Shown in pieces: positions 27,523 through 39,568 of a stretch of 64,000 bases of DNA. Source of the stretch: Rhynchopus sp. YZ270_cl-10 (taxonomy: Eukaryota); NCBI GenBank assembly GCA_964035575.1, contig OZ037839.1, positions 434,001 through 498,000 on the forward strand, written 5' to 3'. Numbering within the stretch: position 1 is the stretch's first letter; the number at the start of each line of letters is the position of its first letter. Below the pieces are notes generated by a model. That model was not told the DNA's origin and ran no database searches. It saw nothing but the letters and a program-made list of their open reading frames with translations. A program made the translations under genes and the position numbers.

Positions 27523-27646
27523 AAAGGTAAATTGGGGAAGAGGTTGAAAAGTTGGAACGCTTCCTCACCCCAGATCACACTGGAAAAAAATTTTGGGCTG
27601 ATTCGCACTTTTTCCGCACTTTTCCGCACTTTATGCTCCCCCCCTT

Positions 27647-30600
27647 TCAGCCACACCATAAATGCTGCAGCTTCTCCGCCAGCAGCGCACCGTACCCCAC
27701 AGTGGGGCACCAACCGCACATGTGCTGCAGGTCCATCAATCCTTCGTCCCCCTGCAGCGCGGTTTTCTTGTACTTCGCCGGAAGGTTCACCTCGTTGAGC
27801 GCGCTTGCCTCCACACCTGCCTTCATGATGTCGTTCACTGTCGCCAGCACAAACACCACTCTCGTGTCCGAGTCCTTGTTTTGTTGCTCGACGATCTTGC
27901 AGAACTCATCCCGGAACGAATTATCGACACTGTAAAAGATGCATGTGGTCCGAGACACGGAAAGCCTCCACGAGTGGGCATACCTTTTGGCCGCTCCCTC
28001 CTTGTTCTTCTGGACGAAGACTTTGTCCGCTTCGAAGCAGTGCCGCCCGTAGCGGAAGTATGCCAGAGCGTGAGGTCCTTTTTTGAACGCCCAATCCGTT
28101 GCCCAGTGTTTGCACTGCACAGCGAACACAACACGCCCCGCACGCTTCCGGTCCTCAGTCGGCAGAACCAACACAAAGTCGCAGCACGTATTCCACTTGT
28201 CCGTCGGAACAAACGCAAGTCCCTTCCACTGTTTGCTGCCTTCCTTGTTGAACGCACCGACTTTACAGATGCGATGGAGCGTCGCCTCTTCACACACGCG
28301 AAGCGTTTCCCCGTTCTCCACCGCACTCGGGAAGAGCTCCACGTCTTGAGTCCATTCGATCTCTGTACAACGAGTCTTTGGCAGGCTCTTTGGTGAATGG
28401 CGAAACATGTCCTCTGTGAGACACTTCTGGGCGAGGACCGCTCCACAGAGTGCGTGGAACATGCTCATCTCGAAGTTTTTGCTCCTGTTTTTATTCTTGC
28501 CCTTCTTGCCCTTCTTGCTGACCGCCGTGTCGGTGGGGGTCGTGTCAAGAGTGGAAAGGTTGGCGTTGGCAACACCTTTCGCGTGTATTAGAAGAGACGC
28601 ATACTCCTTCCCCTTGCCACACAAATTGCCACAGAAACTCTGCAGCGCAGGCAGCGGGAGGTACCCGATGTGACCCACGTTTTTGTGCGCCGTGGGCACC
28701 AACTGATAGTGCTTGGTGGTTGCGAACCGCAGAATCTTTGCGTCATGGTCGTCTATGGCCACCGTCGTGAACAAGTACTTCAGCAGCACAAGAATAAATT
28801 CATCCTTTTTTCATCCGGCGTGCCCATCGGCACGTTTGAAAGTTCTACTCCCATCGCACGAAGATTTAACACCACGTTCATCTCGCGCAAGCACTGTTGC
28901 TCCCCGGACTTCACTACCAGCAGTTGCGATACCAGGACTGCGTTCTCGCTCCTCTTCTTCGGATTTTTCCGCACATTTTCGGTGAGCTTTTCCACTTTCG
29001 CGATCAGGGCTGCGACCCTTCGCGGGTGACCCCCGCTCTCGGTTAGTAGGTTCGCCACGCTTGCGAAGACTTTCGTCAGGTTCCCTTTCAGGGCTGCACA
29101 GCTCTCCTTGTTGAAGAGCACCTTCAACCAGCCCGGCAAGCAGTTCTCCACACTCGAGTCCAGCAATCTCGGCAAGATGGGTGGCAACTCCTGGTGCACC
29201 AGGAGGCGTCTCGACTCAGTGGTAAGTGTTCCCAGGTCCACAAAGTTGTACACAGACACGGCGAGCCGGATCCTATTGAGGTTGCCCTTGAGCAGCGATT
29301 TGTCCATGATCGCACACAGATGTTTCAGGTTTACATGTCCGGGGCCGGGGGCTCGTATCAGCTCGTCCACTGCGAGCAACACGGGACCATCGTGGTTCAG
29401 CGCCTTCTTCAGCAGCTCCACTGCTTCCGCAACAACGCTCCGTGGAGACTTGGCCTTCAATTTGAAATCCTGTGCGATTGCTTGCAAGCATTCCGACCAC
29501 TCCAGGGCACAGTACGTCGGCAGGTAGCACAAGATTCGATTCGCAACAAGCCGGGCGAAGCTTGAACCATCTTCAAAAGTTTCATCATAAGGTTGAATCG
29601 CGTTGAACTCAATCTCCACCGCCAAGAACCCGTAGTCGCGCGCCACCTGCAGCATGTTCTGACGTTGGAGCACAGTCTTCCCCGAGCCTGTAGGGCCTGT
29701 GTTGCACGGCAGGGAATAGCGACCACCAGTGTCTTGCGGGTTCTTGATGTATTCAGCAAAAGCTGCGGCACCCTGCCTACGCTCGACATACGGCACACCC
29801 TTGATGAGCTGGTCCTTTGCTTCGTGCGCACTCATCGCCGCGATGTCGCGGAGTGCATAGCTCGAGGCCGCCACGTAGCCGGTCGTGGCTTTCTTGGAGC
29901 CCTTCTTCCTGATTGCGAGGACACTACAATCCGTGTGAATTGCCTCAATCAATGGTGAGGCGAATTTCAGTGCTGTCATGTCTCACTTCTTCTGTGTAAT
30001 AATTGCAAACCTCGCCGCCGTGGATTGCACCAGCTGGCGTTTCGAATCAGTGGCGACCGTCCCCAGGTCCACGAGGTCGTACACAGGCACGGCTAGCAGG
30101 ATCCTGTCGTTGGTGTTGCGTTTGCGCAGCGAATTGTCCATGATCCCACAAAGATCAGACAGGTTGCTCTTTCCGCAGCCGGGGGCTCCTATCAGCTCGT
30201 CCACTGCGAGCAACACGGGACCATCGTGGTTCAGCGCCTTCTTCAGCAGCTCCACTGCATTCGTAACATCGCTCATTGGAGACTCGTCCTCCCATTTGAA
30301 GTCCTGTGCGATTGCTTGCAAGCATGTCGGCCAATGCATGTCACAGTACTTCGGCAGGTAGCACAAGATTCGATTCGCAACAAGCCGGGCGAAGTTTGCT
30401 TTATTCTCTTCCTCAAAATCAGCAAGAGGCTGAATCGCGTTGAACTCAATCTCCACCGCCAAGAACCCGTAGTCGCGCGCCACCTGCAGCATGTTCTGAC
30501 GTTGGAGCACAGCCTTCCCCGAGCCTGTAGGGCCTGTGTTGCACGGCAGGGAATAGCGACCACCAGTGTCTTGCGGGTTCTTGATGTGTTCAACAAGAGC

Positions 30601-30894
30601 TGCGGCACCCTGCCTACACTCGACATACGAGACGCCCTCGATGGGCAGGTCATTCACTTTGAGCGCATTGATCGCCATAATGTCACGGAATGCATCTTGC
30701 GAGGCCGCCACGTAGCCGATCTTGGGTGTAGTGGACTGGTTCTTCTTGATTGCGACGACACCACGGTGCGTGCGAAGTCGCTTTGATGGTAAGGCGAATT
30801 TCAGTGCTGTCGTGTCCCACTTCTGCGTAACAGTTGCAAACATCGCCACCGTGCGCATCTGTCGGAACACGGCCATGCCGCGTCCTTTTAGCAT
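27647..30894 (-). pseudogene. Crinkler-like P-loop NTPase + PD-(D/E)xK-type nuclease locus, with duplicated NTPase, in-frame TGA and a frameshift
   Basis: Walker A GPTGSGK(T/A) and Walker B LLAVDEL occur twice (ORFs 29983-31086 and 28780-29979, same frame, separated by TGA 29983-29985). A frameshift in an A6 run (28806-28811) leads to ORF 27647-28789 with CDFVL...FAVQCKHW. Confidence 0.65.
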
Positions 30895-32137
30895 TGGTAT
30901 CTGTGACTGCACCTGCTGTGACAGTGTAACAAAGAAACCCCAGCCACACCTACCTGAAGCCTGTCTGGGGGGGTGTAGTTTTGTGGAATGAAAAACCTCC
31001 AAAAATGGCGTCACCAGATCGTCACCGAGATGGCCACTTGCACACTTACACACACGTACCCACAAGTACTCCACAAGTACCGACACTTACGCACACTTAC
31101 GTACACTTACGCACATTTACACACAACTGAGCACAACTGGCCAGAACTGAGCACAATTACGCCACAATTACACCACAATTACAGCACAACTACAGCGGCC
31201 CAAAACGGTACATAGGCAGATTTTCGCTTTTTTATAAAAAAATTGAGGAAACCGAAATATCCCATTCAGCTGTCTTCGAAAACGGCCCCAAAATGGGCCC
31301 GTTCTTCCTGCGTAAAGTAGTGCCCACACTGTCCATATCTTCGAAGATGAACGGTTTCGGCTCGCAGAAACAACCTCAAATTACTTGCAGCTTGCGAGTC
31401 TCCGTGTTCTTGAAGGGTGGGGCGTAGAAGGAGAGGCGTATCGATCACATTGAAGTCGTCCATTAAGGATTCAATATTTACCGGAGTTCGCATACTGCCA
31501 TCCAATGCCATCGCTTTGGGAGAGTGACTTACCTTGCGTCATCGGATGACTCTAGGGCTTGCGCAAACTTCAAGGTTTCGGGGGCGCTTGTGAAAAATAG
31601 GGCTCTGGTGCATGTTGAGGAAGAGGGGAGCCGGTCATCTCCGGAAGCGGTGTTGCTTTGTGAAGCCTCGTATGCTTCCCCCGCACTACCTGTGAAACCA
31701 CCTCAATCGCGTGGTTCGTGATCGCTGTGATTGCTCCTTCGTGTAGCGGGTGGCCATGTACTCGTCTTCGTAGAGGTGGTGCTCGCTGAGGTGTCAACCG
31801 TGGGGCCTGCCGGACCGTGAGACGTCAGTGGAAGAGCACATGGCACCCAGAGCAGTGACCCGTCGATGCTCGCACGTGAGCGTCGCTCCTCCGGAAGCTG
31901 GTAGTGGCCCAAGTCCACACGGACTGGAGGCCGCCGATGAACAGGAAACTGCAGGAGGGCATGCCACAATGGCTAACGAAACCATGGTAATGGCCTATGT
32001 GGGGTTACGGACGCGTATTTGGTGTAACTACAGATGGCATACATGCATGGATGAGACATGAGCATATCTGCAGCCAAGTCAGAGTCGTGCAGCAGATTCT
32101 CGAAGGTTGCGCTGCCTGGGATGTGTGCAGGGGTAAG

Positions 32138-32540
32138 TAATGCAGTGATGCAGGCAAGCAGAACCACACTCTGCATTGTTGCTGATGCCTTTTCAATTCA
32201 CCTGCATAGGTTTGGGTGTGAGAGAGGAAGGGGAGTGGTACAGGGAAGGGAGTGTAAAAGATGCCAAGTAGCAGTGGGGAAGGGACAGAGGCTGTGTTTA
32301 TGTTACAACAAAGACGAGAAAGGTTGGCAAGCTGACCCAAGCCTTGTGTTTTGCCACATAGTGTGTCTCGAAGGAAGTGACCAGCATACACATGGTGCCG
32401 CAGCACTTCTTTACTCTCACTGCTTCCAGAGGGCTAGCACGCTCCAGAATTAAAAACAAAATGAACGTTGGCAAGAATGAACCAGTTAGCTTATCGGTCC
32501 ACCTTGATCACAACCGTCATCGCACAGCGTTTAGTTAGAT
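32138..32540 (-). repeat. Second duplicated GALC 5' segment (upstream region + start codons)
   Basis: Colinear with ~25552-25975 apart from small deletions; ORF 31973-32176 starts MQSVVLLACI then diverges. Confidence 0.85.
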
Positions 32541-32623
32541 AATCTTGACAATGTGTCTCACGCACACCATACATAAGAGAGTTGGCGAAATACACGATTA
32601 ATACCAGCTCTCATGGTATGGCA

Positions 32624-34626
32624 CAGGCCTAATGCTAACTTTGGGGGAGGGGGAAAAAAAGCGAACAGACGGGAAAAAAAAAAAAACGAAAAACAAAATT
32701 TCCCTCCGGGAAGGGGTCCAGGGTTTTCGCTTATCTTCATGAAAAACAAGTAATTGCTATCGGAAAAAAAACGGCGTGTGCTGTGGAACTCCACGCTGTA
32801 GAAGTAACCTACAACACACCCAGCACTCTGCTCTTCTGCAGGTATGATAACGCTCTTCGTACGCTGCCAGACCCACTGGGACGCCTGCATCTGAAATGTT
32901 CAAGAAGGGGGGCTGTCCTCTTCGTCCAGCACCATCTGCTCGATAGCGTTATTGGACGTCGGCTCGGCAGGCTCGGCGTGTTCCAGCTCATTTTTGTCCA
33001 CAGGGTCCCACGCAGTGTCGTCGTCGTTGGAGCAGTGCGGAAGAAGCACAGAATGCACAAACGACAACACGTTGATCACACTAGGCACATCAGCACCTCC
33101 AGCAAATCGCTTGGATGCTACGGTGCTTTCGAAAATCACGCGGGGTTTTCCACAGCACACCCCGTTTTTTTCTTAGCAATTAGTTGTTCTTGTTGTTACT
33201 GTAATTTTCAACCACCTTCCTTCAACCCTTGTAGGATCAGTTCTTATTTTTTTTCGCGAAAACTTGAAATTACAGATTTCAAGAGAACAAATTAAAAAGG
33301 GTCCTTATTTGCATTTTTGGGCTCCGCCCGTGCAGTGGTGGGGTCAATCTCGAAAATTGGACAATTTTTTGACCACTTAAATTTTGAGAAATATGAGCCC
33401 GGTTGCTTATACGTGGGGCCCATTTTCGGCTAAAATTTTCCTCAAAATCTGGTTTTGTAAAATTGACCCTTTACTCCCCCCCCACATCGATTTCAATACT
33501 ATACCTTACTTCACCTACGGTTGCCCTTACAGGGGGGGTGAAGGAAGGTAAGTTGAAAAAGGGTCCTTATTTGCATTTTTGGGCTCCGCCCGTGCAGTGG
33601 TGGGGTCAATCTCGAAAATTGGACAATTTTTTGACCACTTAAATTTTGAGAAATATGAGCCCGGTTGCTTATACGTGGGGCCCATTTTCGGCTAAAATTT
33701 TCCTCAAAATCTGGTTTTGTAAAATTGACCCTTTACTCCCCCCCCACATCGATTTCAATACTATACCTTACTTCACCTACGGTTGCCCTTACAGGGGGGG
33801 TGAAGGAAGGTAAGTTGAAAATTTTCCCCAAAATCGTGAAGATATGTCCAAAAAGGGGTCAAAAAAAATTTTTCCGCGCTCCGCGCGAAAAGGTCCGTTC
33901 ATTTCGCGTGAATACGTGATGACGTGGGATGGTAACGTACATCAAGAACCAAACCAACCCTTTTCTCACGTTTTTCCACGTCAAGCCCTCGCATTAGGTT
34001 CTCTCTAGTGAACGAAACCTTCCCTCAGGACAAGAAGAAACGGCGATTGATATCAAAACTTTCTGGCGAAGCCACGGTACGCAACATTTCAAAATTTGTG
34101 ACCTAAAACCGAACATTTTTACAGCCAGACTATGGTAGAGGGCTGTGGGCTGCCAGTTTTTGAGCTGCGCCGCAGGCGCACGGTAGGCTACTTTTTTAAT
34201 GCCGGCAAGGGGGGTGCATCATTGAGTCCCTGAAACAAGTCTCCATCGTCACCGCCACCGCCATCGCAATCGCCATCTTCGCTTTCCTCTTTAACATCAA
34301 CAGATGCAACACCGCTCTCTGTATCTTCAGAGATCAGAACTTCTCCAACACTCGATGTCTCGTCGACTGACAGACCCTCCTCCTCCTCGAACCCAGTGGT
34401 GGGGGCCGCAGTATGCACTGCTGTGTCCTTCTTTTAATCTCCCTTCCTCCTGAAGATGCGGGCGCAGGTGCCCACATCTCCAGGACCAAGGTACCCACGG
34501 CATACCACAGGCAGAGAACCCCCCAAAAAACCCCCATTTTTAAGGGTGAACCGACGAACCAACGGATAAATAAAAAAAATAATAAATAAAAGTGAACCGA
34601 CGAACCAACGGTTAGCATTAGGCCTG
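32624..34626. mobile_element. Non-autonomous hAT-like DNA transposon, 2003 bp
   Basis: Perfect 16-bp TIR CAGGCCTAATGCTAAC / GTTAGCATTAGGCCTG; perfect 8-bp TSD GTATGGCA (32616-32623, 34627-34634); subterminal repeat GTGAACCGACGAACCAACGG x2; no transposase ORF recognised. Confidence 0.88.
33294..33820. repeat. Apparently perfect 262-bp tandem duplication inside the hAT-like element
   Basis: 33294-33555 matches 33556-33817; the duplicated ORF starts at 33403 and 33665 confirm the period. Confidence 0.92.
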
Positions 34627-34864
34627 GTATGGCAACCAACAAGCCGCTTTAAAAAAAAAAACATTCAAAAACCCACCCATATCACTCAGTATTTTTGTTG
34701 ATTCCACAATGACCCACCCGAGGGTTCATATGTACCCTATGCCATCTGGCGACAGCATATTGTGTTGTGACAACCATCTAAGAGGATACGAGGATAAGCC
34801 ACCATGGGTAGCTAAGAATGCTGAAGCTCGTTGAACTATATTGTCCTGATGTCAGGTTTCCCTT

Positions 34865-35398
34865 CTACAACATTTTGACCTGCGCAGACAGCCAGTCAAA
34901 TGCCTCGAACAGACCGTCCCCTGTTGACGCAGAACAGCTGTGGATGTGCCAGGTGCCTGGTAGGTCGTTGAGGCTGAGTGCTTCGACGACGTCTGCAGGA
35001 GTTGCTGCGTCGGGTGTGTCCTGCTTGTTTGCGAGGATGAGGATCAGGGGGAAGTGCGCTGTGTTGGTGACGAGCTGCAGCTCCTCGCTCGCCTCCTCAA
35101 AGGAGGAGGCACGACTGCAGTCCACCACAAACATCAGCACCTCTGTGTTCACGGTGTAATGTCGGAACAGGCTCTGGCGGATCTGCCGTGAGCCCCCTGC
35201 GTCCCACATAGAGTACACCACTCCCCCATAGCGCAGTGTGAACAGCGTGAAACCTCCCCCGGCAGTCTCGCACACCATGTCCCCTGAGCACAGACGTGTC
35301 ACGCACGATGTCTTCCCAGCCGCAGTGGTCCCCATAGTCAGCACCGTCACCTTCCTGCGGCCAAGCAGCCTCGCCACAGTGCTTGAGACAACACCCAT
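34865..35398 (-). CDS. Divergent Arf/Arl-family small GTPase (177 aa)
   Basis: Start MGVVSS (Gly2 myristoylation-type); G1 GTTAAGKTS, G3 WDAGGS, FVVDCS, G4 ANKQD, G5 CSASTGDGL. Confidence 0.9.
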   Translation of the reverse strand: MGVVSSTVARLLGRRKVTVLTMGTTAAGKTSCVTRLCSGDMVCETAGGGFTLFTLRYGGVVYSMWDAGGSRQIRQSLFRHYTVNTEVLMFVVDCSRASSFEEASEELQLVTNTAHFPLILILANKQDTPDAATPADVVEALSLNDLPGTWHIHSCSASTGDGLFEAFDWLSAQVKML

Positions 35399-35462
35399 TT
35401 TGTATCTGGTGGTGGTGGAGGTGCTGGAGGTGCTGGTGGAGGAGGTATGGGCGGAGGTGGGG

Positions 35463-36530
35463 TTAGGCAATGGTGCATTTGGTGCATTTGGTGCGCTTCC
35501 GCCTAAGGGTGTGTGGCAGTGCCGCAGCCACAGCACTGCTCCAGCCAGATGGAGGCGGCGTGACTGTTTGCAGCGCAGTGCAGTGCTTGAGAAAGAAGCT
35601 CCCAACGTGCATGACACGAGCAAAACCTGAGAGATCAACGCTCGTCAACTCTGCGCATTTGAACAGGAAGCGTGCCTCAATGTGTGTGACCCTGCACATC
35701 CCTGACAAGTCGGCTGTGGTCAACAAGCTGCAGCTGGACAGAAAGTTCGTTCCGATGTGCGTGACACTGCACAGTCCAGAGAAGTCAACACTCGTCAACG
35801 CACACTGGCACAGGAAGCCAGAATCGATGTGTGTCACACTGACCAAACCCGACAGGTCCAACGACCTCAATGCGGTGCAATGTTGAAGAAATCGGCTCCC
35901 AATCCGCGTGACACTGCGCAACCCTGATAAGTCCACTGCCGTCACCGCCGTGCAGTTGAACAGGAACCAGTACGCAATATTTGTTACGCTAGTCATAGCC
36001 GACAAGTCTAACGCTGCCAATGCTGCGCACTGGAAGAGGAAACCGTGACCAACCTGCGTCACGTGAACCAACCCAGACAGGTCCACCGAAGTCAGGTTCA
36101 TACAGTTCGTAAGAAAGCTGTGCTCAATTTCCGTCACGCACGACACAGCGCTGAGATCAAGGCTTGTTATCATTGTGAACGACATAAAACTCTGCGGAAT
36201 AACAGTCGCAACATCTGCCTGAAGAAGCAGAGAAGCCACCTCAGGATCCCTCACAGTCGCCAACCTGCTTTCTGCAATGTCTGTCTCACCCAAGGCATGA
36301 AGCGCTGCAAGGGCGAGGTGCTTCTGCGTTTTCGCCAACACGACTACGTCTCCAGCACTCAGCTGCGTGATGTCCTCTCCTTCCTCCTTCCCTCCGAAGC
36401 CCATATGAAAGCTGTCTTCGCACAACCCTGTTGCAGACGCCACCTTCTGCCGCATCGTCTCCGTTGTGTCATCCTCACCCACCTCAATCACGTACTTCTC
36501 TTCTCCAAAACCCTGAACAGTCAGTTCCAT
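35463..36530 (-). CDS. UBL + LRR protein with CaaX end (paralogue of 26191-27243)
   Basis: Start at MELTVQGF by homology; same LRR units; ends RRKRTKCTKCTIA. Confidence 0.85.
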   Translation of the reverse strand: MELTVQGFGEEKYVIEVGEDDTTETMRQKVASATGLCEDSFHMGFGGKEEGEDITQLSAGDVVVLAKTQKHLALAALHALGETDIAESRLATVRDPEVASLLLQADVATVIPQSFMSFTMITSLDLSAVSCVTEIEHSFLTNCMNLTSVDLSGLVHVTQVGHGFLFQCAALAALDLSAMTSVTNIAYWFLFNCTAVTAVDLSGLRSVTRIGSRFLQHCTALRSLDLSGLVSVTHIDSGFLCQCALTSVDFSGLCSVTHIGTNFLSSCSLLTTADLSGMCRVTHIEARFLFKCAELTSVDLSGFARVMHVGSFFLKHCTALQTVTPPPSGWSSAVAAALPHTLRRKRTKCTKCTIA

Positions 36531-37836
36531 TTTGTGTCTCTCTCTATGCCTCTGTGTTGTGTGTTGTATAAGGAAACATGTCGACACGATTCATCTGTCT
36601 CTCTTCAGAGATAAAACAGTACGAGGACTTCGGCAAGGATGAAGAAAACCCAGGGTCCCAGCAAAACCTTAAAAATAGTAGGATCGGGGTAGGTAAGTAA
36701 AGTTTTGTTTCGCTGATTGCACAATCCTCCTGTTTGAGGAATGATTGGCGACTCTCAATGGCCTTTGCCCTGTTAGCGACATTGTGGAGATTCGCGGACG
36801 CTGCCAAAATGCATTCTTCGTTTATTGCATTTTTTTTGTCAAAAAAAAAATGCGCTTATTGAGCCAAATAAGAAGGGGGGTGTGAGTACCGTATTTTGTC
36901 AGGGCTGATGCCGGAAGGCAACACGCTCACAGTATTGTCCTTTTTTTTCTTTTCTTTTCTTTTAAAAAAAAACTTGGCTTGTATTAGCTACGAGCTCCAC
37001 CCTACCACACATCCAATGTGATACCGGCGTCTCTCATACAATAGTCATTGCGTCGGCAGCCAGACGGCTGTACCTTTTTTCCTTTATATCATCGATAGGT
37101 ACCTGTCCGATGACAGTGCCTGCATCAGACAAGGGTCATGCCTGGTGTCCTTAATCGGGCATCTGCAAAGCAACAGAACTACGGGGAGTACGGCTACGGA
37201 CTGTCTTGTAAAAGACCCGTAACCAAAAGTAAAAGTTTTTTTGATTTGATTTATTAGACCACTATAACAGTACTGCCCCCCTGTTTCGTTTCCCGTTTTT
37301 TCCTGAAGCTAGCTATTGGCACTGTAGTATTTTTTGATTTATTGTACTATATCAGCGGGGGTTATTCTTCACAGGATCATGAAACGAAAGCAAAATGAAA
37401 GGAAGTCAAGGAGGAGATGTCAGAATTGGGTGCGGCTGACGATCCCAAAATAGCACTTTATCGCACATAAAAGCAGTTTATCGCACCCCCCCTTTCAGCC
37501 ACACCAATAATCCTTTATTTTTATTCAAATAAGAGGGGTTTTGTTTGATAACAGACTACATACACAGCAGCCATGATTTGTCTTTGCACAGGATCCTTAA
37601 AAAGAAAAATCAAACACAACAGAAAAAAAAAACGACGCGCCGATACACGCACGCAATATAAGAAAAGTTGAAAAAAGTGCAAACGCCCCACCGTAGGTGT
37701 CACAATCCCATTTCTATTTTATTTTGTTTTTGGGTGGGAGGATTTTATTTTTTTAAAATACGACGGCTGAACGAAAAGGCGACAGTTTCTTGGTTATACT
37801 CTTTTTTGTGGCAGCCCCTTTTGCGTCGATTTGCTT

Positions 37837-39568
37837 CTAATACTCGACTTCCTGTGTTGGTTGGTTAATGTTAACAATCAGTGTTTTTTGATAAATTGTT
37901 GGAGTAGTGTAGTTGCCTCGGTTGTGCAATCTCCACTGTATTCTGTAATTTGGGTTAATCGTACAGACCAGAAAAACCGAAAACAATACAATCCACTAGA
38001 TAGGGGGGTGTGGGACAACATACGTTCATGCCGACATTGTTGTCGTTCTCTTGCTTGTCTTGCCACTGTGTGCCGACGGGGTCGACGTAGCCATCGGTCA
38101 GGCCACAACGACTGTCGGAGATGCTCTCAAGATCGCCACGTTCCGAGGAGTCACAAGAGCCGATCACTCCAAACTCCGGCAGGGTCGAAGCTTGCATGCG
38201 CTTCATCACGTATAACCTGGTGATGTGAAAAGTGGGTGGTGTGTGGGTGGCACCACTTTTTAGTTCCTTCGTTACCTTTTTTGGTACTTTGAAAACTTGG
38301 TTGTATTAGTGTAGACACCCGAGGAACTCCACTATTGTTGGTGTTACAGTACTTTATTAGTACAGTAACACCAACAAACATCGGGGGTAAAAACCCCTTA
38401 GAATTTTGAAATCCCAAACTATACCTACCCTCTCCGGTGTATTTAAAACGTAGTCAGTACAATATTTTGTAAAATTATTTTGCGGAATTTTAAGGAATTT
38501 TTCATACCTGCGTAGCATTACACCCATGAGGCCAAAGGCACAGCAGAAGCACACTGTCACAAGCGCAGCCCACATCTCCACCCGCTCCCTTTCCTCTGGT
38601 TTGTGCTCCACAAACTTTCTGTTTACTGTCGCCTCTTCTGTGGTACGAGAATCTACCCCGGTTGAGTGCTGTGGGTCTTTCGTTGCGTCGTCTGAGTTTC
38701 CGATGGGATTGTTGGGGAAGCTGATCGGGGGGAGTGTGAGCTTCATGTTTTTCCCCCAGGAGTCCACGTCGTCCCGCCCGAAGTCTACTTTAGGGATGTA
38801 GCGGGTCGCGAGATCGGGGAGCTCCCTTTGTGAGAGCGCTGCGCAGGTGTGTTCTTGGGACTCCCATTTGCAGAATCCTGAGCGGCATTTATCAGAATCT
38901 TTCCAAGCATCGCAGGCACGGTCGTCAGGGAGTTTGACATTCTTTAGAGGGCATAGCGCAGCTTGTTTGACGGAGAGCGCTGCAGGGCAGACACCACAAT
39001 GATCTGCTCCCGAGGTTGGATGAGCGCGCAGGCATGCATTGGTCTCGGCACACCATGCACACCCACCGAGGACACCGTTTGGCCCTTCGTGGTCCATGCA
39101 GGCGCTGCAGTATCGGTGTTGCAGGCAGGAGTCGTTGGTGTGCACTGTTACACACCATTTTTCGTCGTTCTGCAGTGTCAGATCGGAGCAGATGTCAAGG
39201 CGAGGGCAGAAGTGTGCGCCTGCTTCGGAGAAGAAGACGTCGTGGAATTGGATTGTGATGTTGTGGTCTTCGCAGAGAGGGGAGCGTTCGAGGTGGATGC
39301 CATCGGAGGTGACGTTCGTTTTGGGTACGGAGTGGCCGTCGAATTCGCCAGAAACAAACAGCGACGCTGTGCACTCTTGGGTTGTGATGTCGAAGCGGCC
39401 GGTCTTCTTCGCGCCGGGGATGTCGAGGGTGACGTCGCAGTGGCACCGCATGTTGCCCTCGGCATCGTGTGCGGCAACGTTCTCGCAAGAGGTGCAGTCA
39501 ATACCACTCCCAGTGCATCCCACAGCGAAGAGCAGCACCGCAGAGAGATAGGGAACGAAATACATCAT
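37837..39568 (-). CDS. Cys-rich type I membrane protein with PSI-like domain (exons 38508-39568, 38024-38216, probable 37837-37851)
   Basis: Signal peptide; CLQHRYCSAC...CAWCAETNAC PSI-like pattern; TM MWAALVTVCFCCAFGLMGVML. Introns 38217-38507 and 37852-38023 (GTATG...CAG) join in frame; the last micro-exon EVEY* is less certain. Confidence 0.72.

Noticed and set aside
29983..29985. UGA reassigned to Trp (in-frame TGA here and after gag)
   Set aside because: The Trp-rich GH59 genes contain no in-frame TGA, and TGA terminates other genes such as the carrier and the 848-aa gene.
31266..32137. Additional gene behind the second GALC leader copy
   Set aside because: Only short broken ORFs with no recognisable family; possibly decayed coding DNA but not supportable.
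35399..35638. N-terminal extension of the Arf ORF, or an LRR-Arf fusion
   Set aside because: It overlaps the LRR gene in another frame, the LRR ends in a CaaX stop, and the Arf has its own Met-Gly start.
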